From NCBI GenBank assembly GCA_043753995.1, contig JAYUVP010000008.1:1-26319 (forward strand): a stretch of 26,319 nt of DNA. The letters are read 5' to 3'. Source of the DNA: Fibrobacterota bacterium (GTDB taxonomy: Bacteria > Fibrobacterota > Fibrobacteria > UBA11236). A model generated the notes under the pieces. That model had not been told where the DNA came from. It worked only from the letters and a program-made list of their open reading frames with translations, and did not search any database. The position numbers were made by a program, and so were the translations under genes. Of the stretch, positions 1 to 8,456 are shown in pieces. Position 1 is the first letter of the stretch, and every line of letters starts with the position of its first letter.

Positions 1-1
1 G

Positions 2-655
2 AAAAGATTATTGCATACCTCTACCAGCGAGGTTTATGGCACGGCGCAGCGCGTTCCGATTGATGAGAATCATCCTCTGCAAGCGCAGTCGCCTTATGCC
101 GCAAGCAAGGTGGGGGCCGATCAATTGGCGCTCTCGTATTGGCGCAGCTTTGCTTTGCCCGTCACCGTGATTCGACCTTTCAATACCTATGGGCCGCGGC
201 AATCCAATCGCGCCGTCATTCCCGCCATTATCGCGCAAATCGCGGCCGGAGTAAGCCGCTTGCAACTCGGGCAATTGGATAGCACGCGCGATTTTAATTA
301 TGTGGGCGACACCGTGGCCGGGTTTTTGGCCGGAGCCTTGGCGCCGAAAGAAGTCGAAGGCGAAGTTTTCAATTTGGGAACGGGTTATGAAATCAGCATC
401 GGTGATTTAGCGCGTGAAATCGCGGGGCTCATGGGCAAGCCCATTGAAATCGATGTGCAAGAAGAAAGATTGCGTCCCGAAAAAAGTGAAGTAATGCGGC
501 TATTGGCAGATGCGAGCAAGGCCCGTAATCAATTGCATTGGCATCCCGCCGTGGAAGGCCGCGATGGTTTGCGACAGGGATTGCGACAGACCATTCAATG
601 GTTTTTGGATCCCAAAAACTTGGCGGCTTACAAGGCCACCCGATACATGGTTTAA
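2..655 (+). CDS. legB: NAD-dependent NDP-GlcNAc 4,6-dehydratase, LegB-like (5'-truncated by window edge)
   Basis: The frame is open from base 2 (KRLLHTSTSEVYG). Motifs TSTSEVYG, YAASK (SDR YxxxK), RPFNTYGPRQS, TRDFNYV and RLRPEKSEV are typical of LegB. It lies directly upstream of a LegC-type aminotransferase. Confidence 0.88.
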   Translation, partial: KRLLHTSTSEVYGTAQRVPIDENHPLQAQSPYAASKVGADQLALSYWRSFALPVTVIRPFNTYGPRQSNRAVIPAIIAQIAAGVSRLQLGQLDSTRDFNYVGDTVAGFLAGALAPKEVEGEVFNLGTGYEISIGDLAREIAGLMGKPIEIDVQEERLRPEKSEVMRLLADASKARNQLHWHPAVEGRDGLRQGLRQTIQWFLDPKNLAAYKATRYMV

Positions 656-658
656 GCG

Positions 659-1849
659 ATGAAGGAGATGATGGATTCAAACAGGGTGGCTTCCCTTCTC
701 GATCGCATCGCTTCCTGCCTACCTGAGGGCCGCACGGTGGGAGCTTTGCATGAACCGCTTTTCGCCGGCAATGAAAAGGCCTATCTCAGCGAATGCATTG
801 ATACCACTCTGGTGTCGAGCGTGGGTCCTTTCGTCGATCGCTTCGAACGCGAGCTTGAGCGAATTACCGGCGCCAGTAAAGCCGTAGCCGTAGTCAATGG
901 CACGGCGGCCTTGCATTTGGGCCTAATGCTGGCGGGCGTGAAACCCGGCGATGAAGTGCTGGTGCCGGCCATGACCTTTGTGGCCACGGCCAATGCCGTC
1001 AGCCATTGCGGTGCTATTCCGCATTTTGTCGAGGTGTCGCCAACCACATTGGGACTCGATCCAGCGTCCTTACGCGCCTATCTCACGGAAATCGGCAAGC
1101 GTAGCGAAAAGGGATTTCTGAATCGTCGCAGCGGTAAATTCATACGTGCCTGTGTGCCCATGCACACATTTGGATTTCCCGTGAATATGGAGCCCTTGCT
1201 CAGTCTCTGCGAAGAACTGGGCATACAGGTAGTCGAAGATGCTGCCGAAGCCCTGGGTAGCTATTGGCATGGAAAGCATGCCGGTACTTTTGCGCCCATC
1301 GGCGTTTTGAGTTTCAACGGCAATAAAATCGTTACCACCGGCGGCGGCGGGGCGCTTTTGTTTCGCGATGTCAAGCTAGGGGAGAGGGCCAAGCATCTCT
1401 CCACAACGGCGAAAAAACCTCACCCCTATGCGTTTGAGCATGATGCCATCGGATACAACTATCGCATGCCCAATTTGAATGCGGCCTTAGGCGTGGCGCA
1501 ATTGGAAAGACTCGAAATATTGCTGGCGGCCAAGCGCCGATTGGCCCAGCGCTATCAGCAAGCCTTTCAAGGCGACTCGAAGGCTGTTTTTCTATCCGAG
1601 CCCTCAGGAAGCCAAAGCAATTATTGGTTATGCAGTCTGGCCTTGCGCGGCGTTCAGGACGGTGCGCGTGATGCCGTGCTCGAAGCCGCCGTAGCACGCA
1701 AGATACCACTGCGGCCACCTTGGAAAATTCTGTATGAACTCCCCATCTATGCCCAGGCGCAGCGCATGCCTTGTCCGGTGGCTGAAGGTTTGGCGGCTAG
1801 TCTAATCCAATTGCCCAGCGGCCCGGCTTTGGCGCCGGAGGCCGTATGA
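659..1849 (+). CDS. legC: LegC-family PLP-dependent sugar aminotransferase (DegT/DnrJ/EryC1/StrS)
   Basis: Motifs LHEP, VSSVGPFVDRFE, NGTAALH, EDAAEALGS, SFNGNKIVTTGGGG (PLP lysine) and GYNYRMPNLNAALG. The exact start among the Met codons at 659-671 is uncertain. Confidence 0.92.
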   Translation: MKEMMDSNRVASLLDRIASCLPEGRTVGALHEPLFAGNEKAYLSECIDTTLVSSVGPFVDRFERELERITGASKAVAVVNGTAALHLGLMLAGVKPGDEVLVPAMTFVATANAVSHCGAIPHFVEVSPTTLGLDPASLRAYLTEIGKRSEKGFLNRRSGKFIRACVPMHTFGFPVNMEPLLSLCEELGIQVVEDAAEALGSYWHGKHAGTFAPIGVLSFNGNKIVTTGGGGALLFRDVKLGERAKHLSTTAKKPHPYAFEHDAIGYNYRMPNLNAALGVAQLERLEILLAAKRRLAQRYQQAFQGDSKAVFLSEPSGSQSNYWLCSLALRGVQDGARDAVLEAAVARKIPLRPPWKILYELPIYAQAQRMPCPVAEGLAASLIQLPSGPALAPEAV

Positions 1850-2487
1850 AAACCCGCCGGCCCGTTTTGCTGGTCGGTGCGGGAGGCCATTGCCGCGCCG
1901 TCATCGATGCGCTGGAGGCCGAGGGTAGTTATTCCATTCAAGGATTGTTGGATCCTCATTTGGCCGAGGGAGCGGAAATATTTGGCTACAAGGTATTGGG
2001 GGGGGATGATGTTTTGGAAGCTTGGCGTGGGCGCGCCGTGCAAATTTTGATTACGGTGGGGCAATTGAAAAATGCCACGACTCGACGAGGCTTGCGGGAA
2101 AAAACCTTGGCCTTGGGCTTTGAGTTTGCGACTGTAATTTCGCCGAAGGCCTTGGTTTCCGAGCGCGCGACCGTGGGTCCAGGTACCGTGGTCTTACCGG
2201 GCGCAGTGGTGAATGCAGGAGCCCGAATCGGTTGCAATGTCATCCTCAATTCACAAAGCTTGGTGGAGCATGATGCCGTGATTGGCGACGATACTCACAT
2301 CGCCACTGGAGCCATAGTGAATGGGACATGCCGGGTCGGCGATCGCTGCCTGATCGGCAGCGGAGCGGTTTTGCTGCAAGGCGTAAGCGTGGCTTCGGAC
2401 TGCGTCGTGGGCGCGCTTTCCCTCGTTCGGAAAAACTTGGATCAGCCCGGCATTTATGCCGGTAATCCTCTGCGGAGATGGACATGA
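1846..2487 (+). CDS. NeuD/PglD/LegH-like hexapeptide-repeat sugar acetyltransferase
   Basis: N-terminal GAGGH, left-handed beta-helix hexapeptide repeats, VEHD and C-terminal AGNP. ATGA overlap with the legC stop. Confidence 0.9.
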   Translation: MKTRRPVLLVGAGGHCRAVIDALEAEGSYSIQGLLDPHLAEGAEIFGYKVLGGDDVLEAWRGRAVQILITVGQLKNATTRRGLREKTLALGFEFATVISPKALVSERATVGPGTVVLPGAVVNAGARIGCNVILNSQSLVEHDAVIGDDTHIATGAIVNGTCRVGDRCLIGSGAVLLQGVSVASDCVVGALSLVRKNLDQPGIYAGNPLRRWT

Positions 2488-3488
2488 AAAGGGTTTTTGT
2501 GATTGCTGAAGCGGGAGTCAATCACAATGGTGATTTCGCCATGGCCTCCCGTCTCATCGAGGCCGCGGCGCAAGCGGGTGCCGACGCCGTGAAATTTCAG
2601 ACTTTCAAGAGTGACAGGCTGGTGGCGGCGCGCGCGGGCAAGGCCGAATATCAGATCGCCAATGGCGTCACCGAAGATTCGCAATTAGCCATGTTACGCA
2701 AATTGGAAATGCCCGAAGATTGGCATTTTCGCCTGCGCGATCAGGCTGAAGCGCTGGGACTGATTTTTCTTTCGACGCCTTTCGATATCGAGAGCGTGCA
2801 TTTTCTGGCACAAATGGGAATGTCGATATTCAAGGTGCCTTCTGGCGAAATTGTGAATTTGCCTTTGCTGCGAGTGGTGGCCAAGCTGGCGAAGCGCATT
2901 ATCCTGTCCACCGGCATGTGCGATTTGGACGAAGTGCAGGCTGCGGTTTCGGCCTTACAAAAGGCAGGCATGAAGCGGGATCAAATCACGGTTTTGCACT
3001 GCACTACGGAATACCCCGCTCCCATCGGCGAAGTGAACTTATTGGCCATGAAGGCCATGGGCGAAGCAATGGGAGTGGCCATGGGTTATTCCGACCATAC
3101 CGAAGGCATTACCGTGCCGGTAGCGGCGGCGGCCCTGGGGGCGACGGTCATTGAAAAGCATTTCACTTTGGATCGCAACTTGCCCGGACCCGATCATCGC
3201 GCTTCTTTGGAACCCAAAGAATTGGAGGCCATGGTGAAGGCCATTCGCCAAGTCGAAATGGCCTTAGGCGACGGGCACAAACGCGTGACGGCTTCAGAAA
3301 TGAAAAATCGCCTTCCGGTGCGGCAAAGCATCGTGGCCAAAACCCGTATTCGCTACGGCGAGATTTTCTCCGAAAGCAATCTCACCACCTTGCGTCCTGG
3401 CGACGGTATCTCTCCCATGCTTTGGGACTCCTTGCTGGGTCAAAATGCGAAACGTGATTTTGAAGCCCATGAAGCCATACAAACCTAG
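2484..3488 (+). CDS. neuB: N-acylneuraminate/legionaminate synthase (NeuB/LegI) with C-terminal SAF/AFP-like domain
   Basis: Motifs IAEAGVNHNGD, ADAVKFQTF, STPFD, KVPSGE, LHCTTEYP, GYSDHT, IEKHFTLD and GPDH. Start placed at the ATGA overlap (2484); 2478 is an alternative. Confidence 0.95.
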   Translation: MKRVFVIAEAGVNHNGDFAMASRLIEAAAQAGADAVKFQTFKSDRLVAARAGKAEYQIANGVTEDSQLAMLRKLEMPEDWHFRLRDQAEALGLIFLSTPFDIESVHFLAQMGMSIFKVPSGEIVNLPLLRVVAKLAKRIILSTGMCDLDEVQAAVSALQKAGMKRDQITVLHCTTEYPAPIGEVNLLAMKAMGEAMGVAMGYSDHTEGITVPVAAAALGATVIEKHFTLDRNLPGPDHRASLEPKELEAMVKAIRQVEMALGDGHKRVTASEMKNRLPVRQSIVAKTRIRYGEIFSESNLTTLRPGDGISPMLWDSLLGQNAKRDFEAHEAIQT

Positions 3489-4653
3489 CGCATCGCCTCG
3501 CCGCCGCATCGCGGTCGTGACGGGCACGCGTGCCGACTATGGCTTATTGAAGCCATTGATGACGCGATTGCAAAACGATGGCCGCGCAGAATTGCAATTG
3601 TGCGCCACCGGATCGCATCTCTCCGCACGACATGGACGGACGGTGAATGCCATCAAGGCCGATGGTTTTAAGCTTTCAGCCGAAGTCCCTGCACGGTTGG
3701 GCAAAGACGATGCCGCTGGCTTGGCCATGTCCTTGGGATCTGTCATTCAAGGATTCGCTAAAGCCTTTGGCCAACTGCATCCTGACATGGTGGTTTTGCT
3801 TGGCGATCGCTGGGAAATGCTGGGAGCCGCCTCGTCGGCTTTGATGTTACGTCTACCCATGGCCCATATTCATGGCGGCGAAGCGACCGAAGGTTTAATC
3901 GACGAAGCCATTCGCCACAGTCTGACCAAGATGGCGCATTTGCATTTCGCCGCTGCTCCGGTATATCGCCGCCGCATTCTTCAATTGGGTGAATCCCCGC
4001 GTCGCGTTTTCACGGTGGGTGGGCTGGGCGTGGATGCTATGCAAACCACACCGATTTTGTCGCGAAGTGATTTGGAAAAGCGTCTGGGCTTGGCCTGGCG
4101 CAAGGAAACCTATGTCGTGACTTTTCATCCCGTGACCTTGCGGCCTGAAACGGCGAAGCGAGACATGCTAGCCTTGCTTTCGGCTTTGGCCGAACGCAAG
4201 GATGCAGCCTTTGTTTTCACCTTGCCTGGGGCCGAAGCGGAGTCGCAGGAAATTGTTCTAGCCATACAGGCCTTTGTTGCGGCGCATCCCGGACATGCCG
4301 TGGCACACGCATCCTTGGGCATGCCGGCCTATGTTTCGGCAATGAGGCATAGTTATGCTGTGGTGGGGAATTCCAGCAGTGGCTTGCTGGAGGCTCCGAG
4401 CTTGGGAATTCCCACTATCAATATCGGTGACCGGCAAAGGGGGCGATTGCGAGCGAAAAGCGTCATCGATTGTTCGGCCTCCCTATCGTCGATAAGGCAA
4501 GCCCTGAATCAAGCCAGCCAGGCCGCCTTTCGCCGCAGCTTGGGCAAAGTGAAAAATCCCTATGGAGATGGCGGTGCGGCTAAGCGCATTGCAGAAACGC
4601 TTTTAACCTTTCCTCTGAATAATTTGCTCGATAAGAGGTTTCACGATTTATGA
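3469..4653 (+). CDS. neuC: Hydrolysing NDP-sugar 2-epimerase (NeuC/LegG)
   Basis: Motifs VVTGTRADYG, TGSHLS, LGDRWE, HIHGGE, DEAIRHSLTK, TFHPVT, GNSSSG, IGDRQRGR and NPYGDG. Start at 3469 or 3445; both overlap the neuB 3' end. Confidence 0.93.
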   Translation: MKPYKPSASPRRRIAVVTGTRADYGLLKPLMTRLQNDGRAELQLCATGSHLSARHGRTVNAIKADGFKLSAEVPARLGKDDAAGLAMSLGSVIQGFAKAFGQLHPDMVVLLGDRWEMLGAASSALMLRLPMAHIHGGEATEGLIDEAIRHSLTKMAHLHFAAAPVYRRRILQLGESPRRVFTVGGLGVDAMQTTPILSRSDLEKRLGLAWRKETYVVTFHPVTLRPETAKRDMLALLSALAERKDAAFVFTLPGAEAESQEIVLAIQAFVAAHPGHAVAHASLGMPAYVSAMRHSYAVVGNSSSGLLEAPSLGIPTINIGDRQRGRLRAKSVIDCSASLSSIRQALNQASQAAFRRSLGKVKNPYGDGGAAKRIAETLLTFPLNNLLDKRFHDL

Positions 4654-5549
4654 CCTTACGTATAGCCTTTATCGGTACAGTGCAATTCTCTTTGGCGGCC
4701 TTGGAGGAGGTGCAGGCGGTGTCGCCAAGCTGCGGAGCTCAAGTCGTGGCCGTGATTGCCGGAGCCGGAGGTGCGGGCAATGCCGATTATGCTGACTTAT
4801 CCAGCTATTGCGCTACTCATCATCTGCCATGCCTGAGCACCGACAATGTGCATGATGAAAAATCGCTGGCCTGTTTGCGAGCCAGTCGTCCCGACATTGT
4901 TTTTTGTTTTGGCTGGTCACGACTGTTGAAAAAAGAAATCCTGACCGTGGCACCCTTAGGTGTATTGGGCTTTCATCCAGCGGCGCTTCCCGCGAATCGT
5001 GGTCGTCATCCCTTGATTTGGGCCTTAGCCTTGGGTTTGACCGAGACCGCCTCCACCTTTTTCTTCATGACCGAAGGCGCGGATGCGGGAGACATCCTTT
5101 CCCAAGAACGCGTACTTATCGCCAATGAGGACAATGCCGCAAGCCTATACGCCAAAATCATCGCGCAAGCCCGTAAACAAATCCGTCAATTTTTGCCTGA
5201 ATTGTCCGAGCGCGAATTTCAAACCAAGGCCCAAAACCCACTCTATGCCAATAGTTGGCGCAAACGCACCGTTGAGGATGGCCGTTTGGATTTTCGCATG
5301 GGATCGAGGGCTTTATACAATCTCACGCGGGCCCTAGCGAAACCCTATCCTGGTGCCCATGTGCAATGGCATGGCAAACCCTGTCCGGTTTGGCGTTTGC
5401 GCGAGGCGGGTGCCGAACCTCAGAATTTGGAACCCGGTTTGGTCGTGGGTGTGGAAGGTGGCGTGATTCGAGTGAAAACCTCGGATGGCGCCGTGGAAAT
5501 TCTCGAACATGAAATTGAGCCTCTGCCGCAACCTGGGAGTTACCTATGA
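4650..5549 (+). CDS. Sugar N-formyltransferase (Fmt-like, N- and C-terminal domains)
   Basis: Motifs IAFIGT, GWSRLL, GFHPAALPANRGRHP (HxSLLPxxRG-like), DAGDI, RALAKPYPGA and VKTSDG. ATGA overlap with neuC. Confidence 0.88.
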   Translation: MTLRIAFIGTVQFSLAALEEVQAVSPSCGAQVVAVIAGAGGAGNADYADLSSYCATHHLPCLSTDNVHDEKSLACLRASRPDIVFCFGWSRLLKKEILTVAPLGVLGFHPAALPANRGRHPLIWALALGLTETASTFFFMTEGADAGDILSQERVLIANEDNAASLYAKIIAQARKQIRQFLPELSEREFQTKAQNPLYANSWRKRTVEDGRLDFRMGSRALYNLTRALAKPYPGAHVQWHGKPCPVWRLREAGAEPQNLEPGLVVGVEGGVIRVKTSDGAVEILEHEIEPLPQPGSYL

Positions 5550-6214
5550 GAAAAGTCTTGGTGGTGGCTCCTCATCCGGATGATGAAACTCTGGGATGCG
5601 GTGGCGCTTTGCTCCGTCATCTCCATGAGGGCGATGTCCTGTTTTGGTGCATTGCCACGGAAATGTCCGGACTCCCAGGTATAGCTGCGACCCGCCTGGC
5701 CGCGCGTGAAAAGGAAATCCAGTCCGTGGCTAAAGCATTTGGCTTTCAAAAGGTTTTTCGCTTAGGCTTTCCCGCGGCGGGCTTGGACCAAATTCCGCAG
5801 AGAGAATTGCATGCCGCCATGGCCAAGACCTTGCAATCTTCCAAGCCTGACTTGGTTTATGTTCCGCATCCCGGCGATGTGCATGGAGATCATGCCGCGA
5901 CCTTTGCTGCAGCTTGGTCGGCCTGTAAATCCTTTCGCGCGCCTTTTGTACAGGAAGTTCGCGCCATGGAAATTGCCAGTGAAACCGAGCAATCACCGCC
6001 GAATTCCACTTTTCCTTTCGCTCCGAATTGTTTTGTGAATATCACGTCATACTTACAGCAAAAGTTAAAGCTGCTATCGCTATGGAAAGGCGAAATGGGC
6101 CAACATCCTTTTCCCCGCAGCCGCAAAGCGGTCCAGGCCTTGGCTTTATGGCGGGGAGCCCAGGCGAATTATTCGGCAGCGGAAGCCTTTCAAATTCTCA
6201 AGCAACGCTATTGA
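5546..6214 (+). CDS. PIG-L/LmbE family N-deacetylase
   Basis: VVAPHPDDETLGCGG metal-binding motif, DVHGDH, SET, HPFPRS and AEAF. ATGA overlap with the formyltransferase. Confidence 0.92.
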   Translation: MRKVLVVAPHPDDETLGCGGALLRHLHEGDVLFWCIATEMSGLPGIAATRLAAREKEIQSVAKAFGFQKVFRLGFPAAGLDQIPQRELHAAMAKTLQSSKPDLVYVPHPGDVHGDHAATFAAAWSACKSFRAPFVQEVRAMEIASETEQSPPNSTFPFAPNCFVNITSYLQQKLKLLSLWKGEMGQHPFPRSRKAVQALALWRGAQANYSAAEAFQILKQRY

Positions 6215-6321
6215 TTCCCCAATCACTTTGATAATTCGGTTTCTCGGCGGAATTCAAGATTGAGCGGCTGGGAGCCGATATCCCTCATGGGCGTCTTCCG
6301 TTTTTCGCCTGAGGAGCCAGC

Positions 6322-7482
6322 ATGGCCTTGCATGAATCCAATAAAAACATCGCTGAGTTGTTTACGACCGTGGATGAAGCCTATAATCGCCTCAGTCCAC
6401 CTCCATCCAATCTGCATACCATGACCCCACGCCTTTGGCAAAAGGCCATACTCAGCCCCAAGGATTCCATTCTCACGGCGATTCGCATCATCGATTCTGC
6501 CATGACTCAAATGGCCATGGTGGTGGATGCCGGCCAAAAATTGGTAGCCACGGTTACGGATGGCGACATACGCCGGGCTCTGCTTCAGGGCATAGGCCTC
6601 GATCAGCCCATAGCCAAGGCCATGAACAAAAAATTCCATTCCCTTGCCATGGGCACGGCGCGCACGGACATTCGCCGTTACATGTTGCAAAACCGCATTC
6701 GCCGATTGCCGCTCCTCGATGATGGCGGTCATGTGGTCGATATGCTTTTTCTCGAAGCCTTGGTAGAAGGCGGCCGCAAGGACAATTGGGTTGTAGTCAT
6801 GGCGGGTGGACTCGGCACACGCTTGCGCCCGCTCACCGATCATACGCCCAAACCCTTGGTGAAAGTCGGCGAGAAGCCCATACTCGAAACCCTTTTGAAT
6901 GGTTTATGCGAGCAAGGCTTTCACAAAGTTTGCCTGGCGGTCAATTATAAAGCCGACATGATACGCCAATACTTCAAAGACGGCAGCCAGCTCGGCATGG
7001 AAATTCGCTATGTGCAAGAGCAAAAGAAGATGGGCAGCGCCGGAGCCCTGGGCCTCATGCCCGAAAAACCCACTTCGCCTTTCCTTGTTTTGAATGCGGA
7101 TTTGCTGACCACGGTAGCCTTTTCTCGATTGCTCGACTATCACCTGGATCAACGCGTGCAAGCGACCATGTGCGTGAAGGAATATCAATTTCAGGTTCCT
7201 TATGGTGTGGTCAAGGCGCAAGACAATCGGTTGGATTCCATCGAAGAAAAGCCACTGAAAAAATTCTTCGTTAATGCGGGCATTTATGTATTGGAGCCCA
7301 ATGCCTTGGATTTGGTTCCTCGCAATCAGGCCTCGGACATGACCACCTTGCTGGACTCGTTGGCGACAAAGGAAGGCGGGGTCGCCTTATTCCCAATACG
7401 CGAGTATTGGTTGGACATCGGCAAGAAAGAGGACTTTGCGCGCGCCAATCGAGAGGTACGCTACTTGGGGCAAGACGATTGA
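6322..7482 (+). CDS. CBS-domain sugar-1-phosphate nucleotidyltransferase (PtmE-like)
   Basis: N-terminal CBS pair (TVTDGDIRRALL), then MAGGLGTRLRPLT, PKPL, VNYK, NAD, EEKP, NAGIYVL and YWLDIG. SD GAGGAG at 6311-6316 supports the ATG at 6322; recognisable homology begins near the ATG at 6421. Confidence 0.9.
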   Translation: MALHESNKNIAELFTTVDEAYNRLSPPPSNLHTMTPRLWQKAILSPKDSILTAIRIIDSAMTQMAMVVDAGQKLVATVTDGDIRRALLQGIGLDQPIAKAMNKKFHSLAMGTARTDIRRYMLQNRIRRLPLLDDGGHVVDMLFLEALVEGGRKDNWVVVMAGGLGTRLRPLTDHTPKPLVKVGEKPILETLLNGLCEQGFHKVCLAVNYKADMIRQYFKDGSQLGMEIRYVQEQKKMGSAGALGLMPEKPTSPFLVLNADLLTTVAFSRLLDYHLDQRVQATMCVKEYQFQVPYGVVKAQDNRLDSIEEKPLKKFFVNAGIYVLEPNALDLVPRNQASDMTTLLDSLATKEGGVALFPIREYWLDIGKKEDFARANREVRYLGQDD

Positions 7483-7501
7483 ATAGAGAATAGAGGTGAT
7501 T

Positions 7502-8455
7502 ATGGCGATGACGTCGAATGCCGAAGAAGTATTGCGCTCCGCACTGGAGCTGTGGTGGTTGCGTCCCGAAAATGGCCTAGCGCTGGCATCTTATGTCATT
7601 CGTGGAACGTCTTTATTGCCTGCCCCAGGCGAAAAAGCCATTGAATATGCCTGTGGCGATGGAGTGAACACCTTTTTCAAATGCGGTGGTCGTTTCGATC
7701 CCCGCTATGATCTATTTGTTTCCGGGATTCGCAGCGAAGATGCGGCCACCGTGGCCGAGAAAAGCCTGGATGTCTTTGATCATTATGAGGAAGGCTATCA
7801 ACCCTTAATAGCGAAGCACCCCGTGCATGGCTATGCTGCGGGCACTGATCACAAAGCCACCTTGCTTCGCAAAGCGTCAGCCCTGAAATTTTTCGATCGT
7901 TTGCATGAAGCTGATTTAACGGCCGATATACCCGAGACCGAGTCCAGCCTCGACCTTATTTATTGCAATAGCCTTTATTGGGTAGCACAACCGCATCAGG
8001 CCTTGGCCCTGATGAAAAAAAAGCTCAAGCCACAAGGTCGAGTAGTGCTCGACGTTTTCACCACGGCGAAAGCGCAATTGGATTTCCGCAAAGCCCTGCC
8101 TGGACTTCCGTCCTATTGGCAGGAGTGGATGAATCGCGGGCGCCAAGAAACCAATCCCGGCTTGCAGTCACCCAAAGGATGGGAAGATGTCTTTGCGGGT
8201 TGCGGTTTTACTATCAGCGAGAAACGGGACATTTTACCTGCGGGCCTGACCTGGCTATGGAATGTGGGCTTGCGCCCTTTCTTTCCGGCTTTGCAAAAAT
8301 TGGCCAGTCATGTACACGGAGAGGATCGTGTCGCCGCCAAGGCGGAATGGGTGGACACCTGGCTGCGCTTATTGCTGCCCTTGCTGCAAAACCCCGAAGC
8401 CCTCATGGCCAATACCGAACCGTATCGACTGCAATACGTTTTGCGGAACAAGTAA
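7502..8455 (+). CDS. Class I SAM-dependent methyltransferase
   Basis: Motif I variant IEYACGDG, acidic motif GTDH, SLDLIYCNSLYW and LKPQGRVVL. SD GAGGTG precedes the ATG at 7502. Confidence 0.8.
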   Translation: MAMTSNAEEVLRSALELWWLRPENGLALASYVIRGTSLLPAPGEKAIEYACGDGVNTFFKCGGRFDPRYDLFVSGIRSEDAATVAEKSLDVFDHYEEGYQPLIAKHPVHGYAAGTDHKATLLRKASALKFFDRLHEADLTADIPETESSLDLIYCNSLYWVAQPHQALALMKKKLKPQGRVVLDVFTTAKAQLDFRKALPGLPSYWQEWMNRGRQETNPGLQSPKGWEDVFAGCGFTISEKRDILPAGLTWLWNVGLRPFFPALQKLASHVHGEDRVAAKAEWVDTWLRLLLPLLQNPEALMANTEPYRLQYVLRNK

Positions 8456-8456
8456 C

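Noticed and set aside
1998..2005. G8 tract in the acetyltransferase (also A8 at 8015-8022, T8 at 10680-10687, A8 at 14495-14502) as phase-variation switches
   Set aside because: The tracts are only 8 nt, all ORFs are in frame, and they encode ordinary residues (LGGD, KKK, FF). There is no evidence of slippage without read data.
4650..5549. Annotation as housekeeping methionyl-tRNA formyltransferase (fmt)
   Set aside because: It has IGTVQFS rather than the MGTPxF Fmt start, has the GFHP variant, and is coupled within a sugar operon. A sugar formyltransferase fits better.
6223..6843. 206-aa minus-strand ORF
   Set aside because: It is mostly antisense to the well-supported CBS-nucleotidyltransferase and has no recognisable motifs; a shadow ORF.
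8262..8456. Cys-rich N-terminal extension of the FAH protein given by the track
   Set aside because: It overlaps the methyltransferase by about 190 nt in another frame. The ATG at 8457 directly after the MTase stop is far more plausible.
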